64,000 nt of DNA. Origin: Styela clava (Eukaryota). Under the pieces are notes generated by a model, which was given only the letters and a program-made list of their open reading frames with translations, did not search any database and was not told the DNA's origin. Position 1 is the first letter of the stretch. Every line of letters starts with the position of its first letter. The stretch spans positions 21,446,199-21,510,198 of the forward strand of contig NC_135254.1 of assembly GCF_964204865.1 (NCBI RefSeq), written 5' to 3'. Shown here piece by piece: positions 39,276 to 53,586 of the stretch. The position numbers and the translations under genes were made by a program.

Positions 39276-42200
39276 TAACTCTAAGACCTAAGTCCTCTCC
39301 CGATCCCACACAAATCAGATAAGTCGGTGTTGTGGACAGAACAAAGCCTTCTGACGCAGATAAATAGCAATGTTAATCTGAATTTTGAAATTAAATAAAA
39401 TGTATCGTGAGTAATGATAGTTTGTACTAAACATTAATGCAAATGTTTTGTCGACAGTTTATTACCAATGGCAACCGCATCGGCACTGCATGTACCTAAG
39501 GTCTAATAATTTGAACACTGGTTTTGGATTTCAGCAATCTGAAACCGGTTTTCATGGGTTTCATTATCTTTCTAAAAAAAGCTTTCAGTTTTAAAATAAC
39601 GAAAATTCATTGATTTTTATATTTTACATCTCGTTCATTTTTTTAATTGGTGTAAAACAATAATTGTGTTCAACGTGTCGTCATTCAGCCTACTTCTAAT
39701 CTTTGCAGCGCCCACAGCAGAAAATGTTTCCCTTTTTTCCACAGACGTTGGTATAATTCTGAGGATAGCTGGGTAGGCTAAAGGTTTTCATATTTTACTG
39801 CTTAACTTGTATTCAAAATACTTTCGAGAATTTTGAAAGAACACATAAATACAAAGCAAATCCGATGGATCAATTGGCATTAGTCAAGTACTCAATTTCC
39901 ACGTAATAGCATGCATGTTCTTCCTGGTCAAACCGATCCAAACTTGCCCCCCGGAGTCCTGTTTATTATGATATTTACTTGAACACCTGTCATCTAGTTA
40001 CGACAACGCACATTGGTACTTGGTGTTGCATATGGCACTGGCTAAATATGTATATTTGGTTGGATGTATATAAGTTAACTGAAATGCATATTGTGGCTGT
40101 ATATGCTCGTAGAACTCTCGACCCTATCGATGCTTTTTTGTTTTCGTGGTAATCGGATTTGATTTAGAATGGGGTCTATAGAACCACCCGTGGATTTTGT
40201 CGGATTGGCGATCACCCGTAAGGAAAACGAGTCGTTTGGATTTTGAATCGATCTGGCAGACAGAACTAAAACTCTTTGATATCTACGAATCAACATGCAG
40301 CTTTTGGTCAATGGCGGTCCATGATTTCCGGACACAAGCTTTCCCCCTCCGTGCATAAGCTTAAATATAAATGCATTTTCATGAAAAACATCCCATGATA
40401 CTGTAAAAAAGTTGTTGACCGCGACTGGGTTACACTAACAGATATATACATTATACCTAAGTCCGTTTTTTCGAGTGATCCACTTTCAAACTGTTATTTG
40501 GCAGTAATCTTATCCCACTTTTGTATGCTAAAATTTAATTGCATATATATACCAAAATAGACGGGCTCAAATGAGTACCAGAGCATGATTTGAGTGATCT
40601 TTCCTAATACTTTATTATATTGGTGAAGCGTGCCCCTGTTTCAAACTTTATATAGGATACGATGTCGCCAACTATGGATTTTTATTCGTTTTATTTATAT
40701 TAATATATATATTCATAAGATTGAGTATAAATAGATATTTTACATCAGCTATTACTTCAAAACCCACTAATACGCAATCAAAGAAAACAATTTGGAAAGC
40801 CCCCAGAATTTAAATGACCACAAATATGTATTTCTAAAAACATTTGATTTTGAAACTATGAACAAACAATTTTGTAACTCGTACTTTAAAACTAGTATTC
40901 AACTCAATGAACTCGGACAAAGGGGAAATTGTTTTGTTCGATTCATGAAATCAATCCGCCGGAAGTCGCAATTAGGCCATATGCCGTAGATCCAGCTCGG
41001 GGGTTCCCAAGCTTTCCTCAGGACGACCCCAAAGACAACTTTCAAGTGTCCAGTGCGACCCCGGGTCAATATTTTCACGAAACTTTAGAGCTTCTTCTAC
41101 TAGACTTTTGAGTTTGGTCATGTGGTGGTATTTAAGTAAAATAAGCTAACACATTTAAACTTTTTATTTTTATTAAAAATTAAAAATAATGAAATTACAA
41201 AAAAACAGTTTGAAAATTTCTTTTTTGGGAATGGTCACTGTTTTATTTTAATCAATTGCCTATAGTTTTACTCTTTCACAAAATCAAAATGAACAACTTT
41301 ATGGTAGACGTACCAGAGTCGCTATTTGTTAGTTATTTCACTATCCTAATAGCCGTATGTTGGCGCTTTTTCCTAAGACTGAACCAGCGGAGGATAAACC
41401 GAAGGCGTCGATATATTGCCATCTTGTCCATGTTATTCAGAAAAGTGATCAGACGAAAAAAAAGAAAATACTGTATGGTCAAAAGGCGATATAAACTTGG
41501 TCTAGTCTAGGTGATAGTCTGGTACAGTAGTACCGGTACTGTATCATGGCTCAATGACGGGTACAAATCGTGAACTGATGACTTTAATTCAGGTAGCCAA
41601 AAATGTAAAATAGCAGCACTTACGTACATCAAGATTTCACTATATCTATACTAGCAATTCCAATATACATTCCGAAGATAAAAACTTTCTGATTAAGCTG
41701 TTGCTGTATGATGTGAGTGCCATTATATTTTTTGATAATTTTAGACGAGAGAATTGGTGGCTGATAATAGATAAGCATTATTCTGATGCAGAGTGGTTGA
41801 AAGAACTTCCGTATGAAACGATCACCCTTTAGAAAAATTGTAGATATGGTAAAAGAAGATATGAAGCCATGTAAGAATTAAAAAAATATTCCATCTTCAG
41901 ACTATTCAATATTTTTATTTTCAGATGAACACTGGGTAAGTCAGCCTAAACCAGGGTTGTCCAACCTTCATGGCCGAAGGACCACATGTGGTTTACGAAT
42001 GATTGCGCGGGCCACTTGACATGGTATTATGTTCTAGGTTATTTCACAGGGTGTTTTCGCTTTCTTATGCGTGAATTGTTTGAACATAATGGGATTGCGA
42101 ATCTATCAATAAAAATAACTCTATAAATACCTCTGCAATATTAATCTTGGCAATTTTTGCAAATTAGTGGAAAATATTATAACTGATCTTTCATCTATTT

Positions 42201-45200
42201 GTTCGACTTCGTGTTGCCAAACTTTACGACTGAAAAATAAAGAACAAACTCGATTCATTTTGCGGATTTACTTTTTTAATCAGCGTCTTGTGGCAGAATT
42301 ACATTTGGAAAATGCTACAGTGGTTTAAATATATATCAATATCTTTAAATAATATTGTTGCATTAGTGGAAATAACAGTAAACTTAACAAATCGCGGTGA
42401 AAATACTCTCGATCTCCGTGCCTGACCTATTTCTGTAACATATTTTTAAGTGAAATAACGCATATTATTTTGTTTGTCTCAAATCATCTAGATTTTATAC
42501 TTGTTTTGCTTTTTTGATTCTGTAACCAGTCCTTTTGTTATATTGTCTGTATATATATATATATATATATTGACTATATATTAGAATCAGCATATATGTG
42601 CTATGGTATTTCAATGACTAGCAGATGTGTAGTTGGTGGTTACAGCAGAGTTAACAGTGATTGTCTGCCCCTAAATGAATTTTCTAAGCATGAAACAAGA
42701 AGACAATTATGGATCAAATTTGATCAACTAATCCTTTCTGATGTATTCATGGAACTCCTCTAATTTGAGTCGTTTCAGCGTAAAAAAAAGGGCCGTGCAA
42801 ACTCCTGCTCCAAAGCCTACAATACCGGACGCCGTTGAGTAAATAAAGAATATTATATCAAACAGTCGAGAAACGAGATAAAGTGACTACAGAGTCAGTA
42901 GTTCAAAGCCTCCCACTTCCATAATTCAATTCAACTCAGTGGCAAAAAAAAACAAAAAACAGCACCATTATTCATTGCTACTACAGTCAAAGTTTAACTA
43001 ATTCATCAATAACTCTAGCAAGTTTGTGGCCTACCTGAATGTGATTCTGTGGACCAGCAGTGCGCCCACTGGTTGAGAACCGGTGCACTCAACCATAACT
43101 AACCATAACGTGGATTCCACGTTCACTTGATTCCTTTGGAAAATTAGCCCATTTGTAGTGCCCTGCCGCTCAAGTTGCAACTTCTATCATGTGTTACTAA
43201 TCTTCAGCCCTGCAAGATCTTCACATTGTATTCAAGTTCAATCATTACCTATTACATGACATCTTCATTGTGCATCTTGTCCTCCTCGTTACTACTTTTA
43301 TATTCGCAGCGACGCATCCTCTCGTGCACTCAAGTATTTAAATATTTAACCGAACCTGTTTCCATGGCTGATGAAAACACGAAAATTACGAATTGCACGA
43401 ATTAGTAAAATTGCACAAGCTTGTACGTGTAAATAAAAGAAAACTGGTGAACAATTAAAAAATCGTTAGAGGAATAATGATATTACGCAGTCACAAATCA
43501 GCATTTATCTCCAAAACGCAAGGGCTACTACTTGTTTGTCTGTTAAGCTAGTCCTCAGTTCAAGGGGAGTTGCCCGAAGGCCTCGGCATTAAATTTTGAA
43601 CTGTTATTCACTTTTAGTTGTTTTTGAATTTTGAGGGATTGCTCAAGAATAATTGCGGTTTAAAATTATATATACTCGATATTAATAACTGCTGATCCGC
43701 ATATCTACCGTTCAATAATATAAAAAAAGAAATACGGCCGAATACATATATTGTCCAAATTTGAAAAAAAACTCTAGCACTTGAACGCGCATCTCGCGAC
43801 TAAAAACGACTAAAATACTGTGGGTTTTTGTGGTGCCTCGACTTTTTTTTCATAATAGCTTTGAGTTTCTAAAGAGTTGCTGAATGCAACTTACTGGTCA
43901 ATCTACTTCGGTAATATGAGAGTCTTGCGTGTGACTGAAATACCGCATTTTCCTCATTTTGAAAAACAGTAGGTTTATGACGCCGAGACACATTTTACAT
44001 AGCTCATTATGGCTAACCTAATTACTTTCATGACGTCATTATTAGAGATGGAGCTCATAAACAGCATAGTATAGGGCCCGACCCTGCGCTTACATCTTAT
44101 GTAATGGTTGGGCTCATTTGCTACTTTATCCGATGCCACAGGTCCTTGCGAACCAGGGCAGTGATGATACGTTGACTAATTTCAGTTTGCATTTGTTATG
44201 ACGTCCTAATATTCGTTTCGAAAGTCGAAACAGCACCGTTTCGACATATCAGTGTTTCGAAACGCCCAGCACTACTTGATAGCATCATACGTTGAACGAA
44301 TATTATATAAACAGTCGAGAAACGAGATAAAGTGACTACAGAGTCAGTAGTTCAAAGCCTATTGCGAAATTGCCAGTATCGGCACGTTCGTTACATAGGA
44401 CGTCATTTCTTGATTGCCTGACTGTCCGAGTACATAATTGTTTCAATAGTCATGAAATCACGCGATGTGAAACTGGAATTAAATGCCAAAAACAGAGCTC
44501 AAACACTCTAATCGCGAGTATGCGATGAATACAAGTTTGGGAACGAGTTCTCAGTACTACGTCATCAAAGACTGTTTCCGAACAGCGGTCAATTTTCGTT
44601 GAAACGAATTTCAAAAATTCAGAAGTGTAAAACTAAGTTGACTTTACGTAAATAGTAGGCGTAAAAGATTCTGAAAAAATATGTATAATCAAATTCATAA
44701 AAAAAAAAAATCTTCGTGATAACCCACATTTGACAGCATAGTTTTCGAGTTTCATTATTTTGCCAAGGAGAAAATGTGTACAAATCAAGTGGTTTTTAAT
44801 CAGACAATTAGTTCTAACATACTCTGTTACACAAAACAGTCAATGACTACTTATTTTCAAGAACGTTATGAATGCATCCGAAACTGGATACTCGTGCAAT
44901 ATTGTTTTCCTCCTACTGGACAGTTTAGTATTTTTTGCTTCGCTGTCCATCAATGTTCCAATATATTACAGAAGTATACAATTCATAAGGATGAAGAAAA
45001 CAGGCACGGGACCAGGAGCAATGCTCTGTATTAAACTCGACAAAGCCCTAGTTTTAAACCGAAAAGGCGACGTGAAACGTTTATATTTTTTTTTTGTTTT
45101 TAGACGTCTAGACCTGCCTTCCTGAGTCGTAAACAGGGTTCTGAAAATGCTTTGTACCCCTATCGTAAATTAAATCATCAATTCATGTTTGGCCATTTGA

Positions 45201-47154
45201 AAACTCATATTTATGTTACATGGGACACGTAGATTAATCTGGTATGATTTATATATTGCGGCTGTTCAAAATCGAATGAGAACCGGAGATGAAGACACTT
45301 CATCACGTGTGCGTCACCCAACCATCATGCTTGATCAATATTATTGTACGTTGTCGATAACCTCGGTGACTTCAAAACATACATTTCCGGAAACCCGTAT
45401 GTACTTGCCAAATCTGTCGGAAAACATTTTCATGTTTTCACCCCAAAATGAGTGGAACTGCGTCATTATATCGCTCTGTGTTATGAAAGTTCGTGTCTAA
45501 AGCAAACTTAGCATTTGGCCCCTGTTTAATTGTTTTTTCTAAAAGTATATTACTTAACAGAGCTGGGGTAGTTTTTTTTCTTCATTTCATATTTCTTAGG
45601 TTACGATATATTCTTTTCAACATTAACTTCTTTCTTTTGTCTGTAGTATCGGTTGTAGTTGACTTTTAATTTGTAAGATTCGTCGGCTTCGCGGCGACGT
45701 ATTAATCAATACTAAGTAAGATTTGGTGATACGATGAGTTCAGAAGTGCGGCAAAAACTTTCCAGATTTTGTTAAATGATACTAAGTAAGATTTGGTGAT
45801 AGAATGAATTCAGTAGTCCGGCCAAACTTTCCATATTATTTTGTTAAAACATTTGGATTGGAAACACAGAACAAAGCAACAAAATATCAGCGATGGTGCC
45901 AAAAAGTGAATTGGTTCACGCATCAAAAAAGTTTGCAGAGAGTGTGCAATTGATATTGTGAATAAAAAGCTATTTACCCAAATACGAGCGGGGTCGCGAT
46001 TCCAAACATTGATTACAAAAGTTGGCCAAGAAAACCCGTTATATATGCAAACTTTCCATAAATGAACGACCACATGGGTAATTGTGACAGCCTACAATCA
46101 TGCTTGGTCAGACGCGAGAAAAGGATTCATTTTTATCAAGAGTGTAGGTGCAAAAGTGCTATTTGTTTAGACTGGGATTAAGGAAGTCTTCACACCCGAG
46201 CAAAAGTGGTGTGAAAATGTAAGTAGTATTTGCAGAATACATGAACCATGTCGCGTGTCAATGCGGGAGATTTTGCAATTGGGTCGTCAATTGGATGATA
46301 CAGCGTATACGAGCGGTTATTGAAAGTAAAGTGGTTTGAGTAATGCGAATTTTAGCTTTAATTGAAATAAAGTATTTTTTGTGCCTGCGAATATATTTAA
46401 TCCTGAATAATATTTAAACTTTAACTTAAATAATCTCAAACAATCCGCTTCGCAGTTTTTGGCAGGTGTCGACAAATAAAATTGTAAATCCAAAACTCGT
46501 CATTGGACAATCAAGAAATTGAGTGATATACTTAGAGTTGTGTAGTGAAGCCCACACGAAACAGATGTTTTTAACGAGGCTATACAGTCATAGGCGAAGG
46601 CACCTCAAAATTTTAGAAAAGGCTAGCTAATACATAGAAATATACGAGATATTCTAGTGTTTTGTAAACAAACTCGCTTCCATTGCCGCAAACTTGTTGG
46701 TCAAATTGGACAAACGGGACGTAAACTTTTGATAAAGTTATAAAAAATATTGAATCATTTTGTAAAAATGGATTTCCAAATGCGATAATGTTGAAGTTCT
46801 GAAATTTCCAGAAATAAGATGTCAGAGCTGCTACAGTAAAAATAGTAAGCAGCCCAACTGCTTAGTCTAGGCTTAGTCATATTAATCTTTTTATTTTAAA
46901 ATCCCGTTACTTTGCAGTTATTTCCAATTTATAGAATGCAGAATGCGAATAAGGAATATTCACGTTACGGGAATTTAGCTCATTCTATTTTATATACAAA
47001 TGCTTATTTTTAGCACAGAATTAGAGATGTAAATAGTGAGAGATGTAATAATATAGTAGTATGTTTATTCATATAACTAAATCTAATTGTTTTTTTTTTA
47101 TAGAAGGTAAAAATTAGGTACGTAGTGTGGTTACGTATTTACAGTAAAACCACG

Positions 47155-47437
47155 ATGCGTACCATACACTTGTGTGGACTTTTCTTGTTGTTATGCCTTA
47201 TCGAAGTCTCGAGCGGTCAAAGGTTGCGCGGACGAATACGCGGTTCTACATACAGGAGAGATATGAGAGAGGTTCCACCTGGATCTGCGTCTCTAGCATT
47301 TGTCTTTGACGTCACAGGTTCTATGTGGGATGACCTGGTACAAGTCATTGCCGGAGCAAAAAAGATTTTGGATACAACCCTTGGAAGACAAGAACAACCT
47401 CTGTTTGATTATATTCTTATCCCATTCCATGATCCAA
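47155..47437 (+). CDS. Hemicentin-like gene exon 1: start codon, signal peptide and start of the VWA domain
   Basis: [21 protein letters not shown] signal; then ...[50 protein letters not shown], which is near-identical in pattern to the hemicentin N-terminal VWA ([27 protein letters not shown]...PLFNFALVPFHDPEIGPVTIT). Donor A|GTGAGT, phase 1. Confidence 0.75.
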
Positions 47438-48298
47438 GTGAGTTTTGTTGAATAACGACCTTTTTGATGTGCTAACAATATCAACTAGCCACGAACTATA
47501 TAGAGCCACAAATTTCATAAAGTAGATATCATGTTAGAATTCATAAACATTTAAAAATGATTAGAACAGGATATATGTGAATGAAGAGGTTTGTCTCGTT
47601 GTACTGATGAACATGATTTATTGTGGTGTGCCTGACACGTATCACTCTAAGCGTTTACAAGAATCATCACGACCTTAAACTGTGTCCTCTTAGGATCATG
47701 ATTAAGTGAAAAGCCTAAAACTAAATTCCAGGCCTGTCGTTGACTCAATCACCAAATATAATATCATTATTTAAAATAATATGAATAAGATGAACGAGTG
47801 TGCAGATGTTGTGTTTTAACAAATCCGATTTAAGTTTTGTTATTCTAACAAAATAGCTAACACGAAGCGATGTATAAAAACTGTAGTTTTAGTTTTGTGC
47901 TTTTAACTTCGATTCCTACTTATATAGGTACGTAAGGCTATGTCTACAGAGTTTAAAAACCGGCCGAACTGGCAATTCATACTGCACTTTATTGCGCGAG
48001 AAAGTATGTTTTTGAAATTTTATTGTATATATTACATATTCCTGGTATAACCGATAACCATCACAAAGTTTAACCTTCGCTTCATCTATGATAACAAACT
48101 TAATTGACCTTGAAGCGATAAATACAACAAATGTTACTTTCAGAGAAAAAATGAAAGCTATTGATCGTTTCAAATTCTTCGTCATGATCCAGATATTCTC
48201 ACCTCCAAGTTGAAAAGTTTCTTTGAACATTTTGTAAAATAAAAGAGATTTAAAGTTCATTACGTGATAGTAACTAATCATATTCTCTACCGTTCTAG

Positions 48299-48410
48299 TT
48301 GTCGGACCTATCACAGTCACGTCGAATGGGGAATTGTTTCAGAAAAAATTGCGAGATCTTTTTGTCCAGGGAGGAGGAGATTGTCCAGAAATGAGTCTGA
48401 CTGCGATCGA
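48299..48410 (+). CDS. Hemicentin-like exon 2 (VWA)
   Basis: (I)[36 protein letters not shown](E), compare hemicentin [37 protein letters not shown]. Acceptor TTCTAG; donor GA|GTAAGA. Confidence 0.75.
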
Positions 48411-49015
48411 GTAAGATAATAATTAACCGTATCAGTTTAAAATGAAAATAAATCTTTTAAAAAAGGTTACAACTGGAACTGGGGATAAAAACGCGATGAC
48501 TGTTAATCAGCCAAAATTGACCGAGGACCGTTTCATAAGGCGAGTTTTAGGTCATCGGGTAACGATTATAAAGTATTATCGAATTGTTCACTCTTTTACA
48601 AACGAGATGCTAAATTTTCTGAATGTTTGGAAGTATTTTATTCCAACCTATTCGTAGAATAACTATTATATGTGACAAGCGTGTAATTTTGTATTCAGTG
48701 AATATTGTAAATTCGAAGCGTTCAGCACTACGACCCGAAATTTATTCACTAATTTTTGAATGACATTCATTGGCCGTTCGTAAAATTACCATTATGGAAT
48801 TACGCTTGAATCAGTATTGCCTAGAATGATACTTAGCGGTCAAAATAAATGTGACCGTCAACCAACTAAAACCGATTAACCAATTAATCGGTTAACCAAT
48901 CCAACCAAGCTCTAGTTACCACAAGTCTCTCTCGTACAGTATTTCTATGGACATTCTAATTGATTTGCCTTTCGAGAGTGGAAATTCAAACTCATTCCCT
49001 TCAAATTTTGTTCAG

Positions 49016-49133
49016 ACAAGCATTGGAACTTTCTCTTCCAAGCTCGTTCATCTATGTTTTCACCGACGCCAGCGCCAAAGATTATTATCGACTAAAGGAT
49101 GTTTTGAGAGTAATTCAAAGAAAACAAAGTCAG
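49016..49133 (+). CDS. Hemicentin-like exon 3 (VWA)
   Basis: [39 protein letters not shown], compare [39 protein letters not shown]. Donor CAG|GTATGA. Confidence 0.75.
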
Positions 49134-49454
49134 GTATGATAGTCAAAATGGCGATAAAAGACGAAAACAATGAGTTTGTTCCCTTGTTTTATGTCCTGTC
49201 TTGCCAATAACGCAATGGTGCATAAAGCGCACAACATGAATTACAATGATGCTTTGTGATATATCCGAATGGAGACGTTGGTCAACAAGGGCATAGTTAG
49301 TCTACCTTGAATTCGCCAGTAAATTGGCTACCTGGCGTGTTTTTCTGGTACATACTGCACGGAGCACACAAAATCTTCAATTTCAATATAGTATAACATA
49401 GCAACATCAGTATACGCGCCGATTAAAAGTTTATTGAAATAAATTTCATTTTAG

Positions 49455-49577
49455 GTTGTGTTTGTCTTGACTGGTGATTGCAACAACAGGGATAGTCCGG
49501 GATACAAGGCATACGAAAAAATTGCTGCGACGAGTTCTGGACAAGTTTTCATCATAACGAAAAGTGACGTTTCCGAG
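49455..49577 (+). CDS. Hemicentin-like exon 4 (VWA)
   Basis: [41 protein letters not shown], compare [41 protein letters not shown]. Confidence 0.7.
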
Positions 49578-49675
49578 GTAGATAATTTCAAATAATAGTT
49601 GGGACATAATGCCCATTTCCATAACCTCAACCAAGTTAAATCAAAGCATGTGTATACAACCATAGAAATAAATCG

Positions 49676-49880
49676 GAGCTCCAGAAATGTGTGTACCAAT
49701 ATGGATATATATTACTAATTTTGTTCACCTACCTTACATCAGGTTGTGTAAAGGGACGGAAACCTATGGGCATGGGGTATATTCACTTGGCTAACACAGA
49801 CAGTCCCCGAACTCGTAATAGAACTAAAATACGGAAAATCGGAATAATATTATGGCCTAACCCTCACCTGGTAAACAAAC
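49676..49880. repeat. SINE-like dispersed repeat in hemicentin intron 4
   Basis: ...GTGTAAAGGGACGGAAACCTATGGGCATGGGGTATATTCACTTGGCTAACACAGACAGTCCCCGAACTCGTAATAGAACTAAAATACGGAAAATCGGAATAATATTATGGCCTAACCC... is homologous to 61795-61995 and to the core of the 20030-20270 palindromic MITE. Confidence 0.6.
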
Positions 49881-50030
49881 TACAGGAGTACCAATAAAAC
49901 AGTGCTATTCATATTAAAGTTTAATGATGATATCACGAATTCGTGACATAATGTTCATGCGCAATTATCTACCTGGCAACGACTGGTGTAATTCCCTTTT
50001 AGACTACGTCAATAATCTATTTCCAAACAG

Positions 50031-50172
50031 GTTGTCAAGTTTATCGAAGTATCTGTCCAAGCACACAAAGTCGTTCTCCTGGCCACAGATCACGATCAAC
50101 CTGGAGACAGAACATGGGAAATTCCATTTGATCCGGAATTAAAAGAAGTAACCCTTTCTTTGAGCGGTCCAG
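50031..50172 (+). CDS. Hemicentin-like exon 5
   Basis: VVKFIEVSVQAHKVVLLATDHDQPGDRTWEIPFDPELKEVTLSLSGP, compare [47 protein letters not shown]. Donor G|GTAAGA, phase 1. Confidence 0.75.
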
Positions 50173-50227
50173 GTAAGATAAAAACATATATATATATAGT
50201 TGACGTATATAGCAGAATGTTGTAAAC

Positions 50228-52465
50228 CAGGGGTGTGCAACCTTTATTACATGAGGGCCAGATACAAGTAACTGGGTGAAGCCGCGGGCCGCACCTAGAA
50301 ACTCTACCTACGATCTACGAAAGGCTCTGGACACGAAAAATGAAACTTACGGAAATTCTGCTCGTAAAAATATTGCTTCGGCTAACGTAAGATTGTTTAC
50401 ATACGAAAGGCCTAATAGCGAACACTTAAAAATGCGTGTAGTGATAATTGTTTATTTTAGGTTAATTTATTGCAGTGTCCAATTCGAATTATAAGAACAC
50501 TGAATATGGCGCACATATCCTAGCGCCGCCGACACGTATTGATTTGAAACGTATTACAATTATTTCATTTTTTATCGTAATCGAAGGCACCCGTGTGCGT
50601 CGCGGCAATAAATTATCTGCCATCCCATTGGCCAGTTTGTTTCTCGCTGGTACGTACAATGTGTTGCTAGCAAAATTCAGTGAATAGACGATGATACGAT
50701 GGAGAAAAAATAAAAAATTGAATTTCATTTTTGTACATTGCGTTATCCCTCAGCTGTCAAATTTTACCACGTCCTCTAACCTCCTCCGACGCCGTCCTCC
50801 CATTCTCTGCGGTCTTCGTTTAGCCTATAGAAGGGGTGGGCAACCTCTGGCACGCGTGCCAAAATCGACACGCGAGCCCATTTATTCGGCACGTGAGCGA
50901 GGCCTCAGAAACAAGATCATTCTTCTTCAGATAAAAAGTTTCAAGACTGTGAATTATCTGATGAAACTTGGTGTTCGTTTATTCAATATATATCGTTTGT
51001 TAAGAATCCGTTATTTATTCAAACTCTTTTTGTCCTTTCATGACATAAGTCTACAAAGAAATATATTATGATATGACGTAACAAATGAGTGAGCTCTCGA
51101 GAAATTTTTTCGAGAAGAGCGCAGCATTCATTTGGCTACATTCTTACATAATATAGTTCGTCTGTGCCACCCTTTTTCTTCATTTCTGCTTGATTTATGA
51201 CGTTTTACAACTCATGTTGGTCACAGTTATTTGCTAACTTATTGTTATAAATTGACTTCGAAATAAATATAAGCGATTAGGGAAGGGAATACAAAAGAGA
51301 GGTGCAGAAAACGAACTATTCCGTGATTGGGATGCCATTGTCGAAAATTTTTTGTGTGTTTGAAACTTTGCAACCGCATTACTCTCCATCATTTCATCTA
51401 CATATTATGCTTGTGAATCTCTGTTCTCAGTTATGAACTTTATTAGGTCTCGTACCAGAGGTAGCCTGAAATAAGAAACCAGTAGTTCTTGTATTTCTTT
51501 AAACGTTACAAAATAGAAAACCCAATGTAAAATCTCTATCAGCGGTAATGCAGCAGCAGAAGTATCACTGATATAGAATAAGAAAAGTAATCAAATCTAT
51601 TTACGGACTGATATTTTCCCGAAAAGTGAATTTGTCTGTACATGTTTAAAAGGTTTATTATTGTGTATTTTGCTTTGAAAGTAGCAAATCGTGGTTTTTA
51701 ATTTTGGTCGGCACGAAGGAGAATTTTGTCGTTAAATTTAGCCGATTTCGGCACGCGATCCGAAAAAGGTTGCCCACCCCTGGGCCCTATAGCCTAGTCG
51801 CCAACGCCAAAGGTAATCAAACATATCGTTCGTAGTTGTTCTTTGGTATATTTCTCTGTCCTTTCTTCTTTCCGTGTGTATCTTTTCTATTTATTATGCC
51901 GAAATCTAATTTTAACATGTATTTGTTACAAGTTTTAATCATTGTTATAATTTATACAAATATTATGTCCGAGTTCTGTGTGGGCTCAGAAAGGATTGGG
52001 GCATTTACAAGTAAAATGCATCTTTACTTACGGAATTTTCTACATACGAAGGGGCTTCCGGAACGAATTAATTTCGTAGGTGGAGTTATTGCAAGCACAA
52101 AAATTGTTTCTTTTTGTTATTGATCTTACGGCATAGTTAGAGGTTCTTTCAGAAATGTTGAGTTAAAACGTGTAAATTGAAAACTGCTATTCAAATTTAC
52201 TGTCGCACCGACTTTGAACGAATTCAGTGAGAAAAACGTTTTCATAACATTGTGTATTTTGCAACAGGATTTTTCTAGCTAGTTTTGCTAAATGATAGTG
52301 GCACTCAGGTACTGGTATAGGCTTTGCCATGTAAAGGGGTTGGAATTGTGCATACGTTCCAGATAAACTAAACTAAAAACTCGTTTCGCGGGTACACCAT
52401 TCAAAATTGGCACTTCTCCGCGGGCCGCACAATTTTCCTTGCGGGCCGCAGCTTGCACACCCCTG
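50228..52465. mobile_element. hAT-type MITE (~2.24 kb) in hemicentin intron 5, with a perfect 8-bp TSD and a second MITE nested inside
   Basis: TIR CAGGGGTGTGCAACC at 50228; its inverse GCTTGCACACCCCTG ends at 52465. Flanked by identical TTGTAAAC (50220-50227 and 52466-52473). Confidence 0.75.
50831..51797. mobile_element. Nested MITE (~0.95 kb) of the same TIR family
   Basis: AAGGGGTGGGCAACCTCTGGCACGCGTGCC at 50831 and its inverse ...GGTTGCCCACCCCTGGG at about 51770-51790. CCTATAG-type flanks on both sides; exact ends uncertain. Confidence 0.55.
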
Positions 52466-52676
52466 TTGTAAACAATGAATGTAACAAACAATACAATTTA
52501 AAAATTCATTTATTGACAAAGGTGAATGGCGTGGTGTTGTTTTTTGTTGTAATTTTCATAATCACAATTCAATGGTGGGACAGGCGATCAAATAAATAGC
52601 TTTCTCATTAATTAACATGCTTACAAATTACTCATTACTCAACGCGTATCTTTCTAAACTTTTTTTTAAATTTCAG

Positions 52677-52793
52677 ACAGAAGACTTCGCTTATTCAACC
52701 CACACGGACACGAAATGACCGAACGAGATGGCCTTGAAACATTACTCGATCTTGAGACTGTTCTTATTCTCAATATAAAAAATGCATCTGCAG
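52677..52793 (+). CDS. Hemicentin-like exon 6
   Basis: (D)RRLRLFNPHGHEMTERDGLETLLDLETVLILNIKNASA(G), compare SPMIEIRNPLGRLIKKGFGLHELLNIHNSAKVVNVKEPEAG. Confidence 0.65.
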
Positions 52794-53448
52794 GTAAACA
52801 TGACGCGCCCAATCATCCTATAATCTCATATGAGACAAAATGCCGAAAGCACAAGCCGAAAAACTTGTTAATATTACGGAAACTAGTATAGTTTGATTAC
52901 TAAATTAACAAACAAAAACGTATTTATTATATATACAGAATATTTCTTTTCTCTAATTTATGTATTGGATATCACCTATGATTATAACGCGGACTCTTCA
53001 CCATTTGACTCTCTCGTGCATATATTTAAAATATGCCTTCTCCCAAATTTTTGCATGATTCTGCGAAATCGCACTTCATGGACTAATTCGAAACAAGTTT
53101 GTGAGACTATTTACTGTTTTCACCAGTAGCTTTTGTTTTGTCATAGTCTTACTTACAGAACCCTAAACCATACGCTTCACTAGGTAACACAACTGCAACT
53201 TATAGGTAGATCGTGCACATTTAATCAGTAGATTAAATGTAAATGGAAAGGCTGGCATACATTTATGTAGTTTGTGCGTAAACAGAAAATGGTATTGCCG
53301 AATAGAGTTTTATGAATGGCCAACATGTTGCACTGATAAACGTATAGGTAAGCGTATTTTGACGTATTCTTTGATTTACAAACGATTTTCGTGGAACATA
53401 GTACAATATTCTTGCCAATGAGTGTAAAAACTTCCGCCATTGCGACAG

Positions 53449-53586
53449 GTTACTGGCGGGTGTCAGCATACAGCAGTGGGGAACATTCTCTTCGAGTGAC
53501 TGGACTCAGCTCTCTCGATTTTCAAGCAAGATTTTCCAGACTTCCCACGTTGGATTGGTCTATCGCTGATTATCAACCGATAGCAG
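53449..53586 (+). CDS. Hemicentin-like exon 7
   Basis: (G)YWRVSAYSSGEHSLRVTGLSSLDFQARFSRLPTLDWSIADYQPIA, compare [45 protein letters not shown]. Confidence 0.7.
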
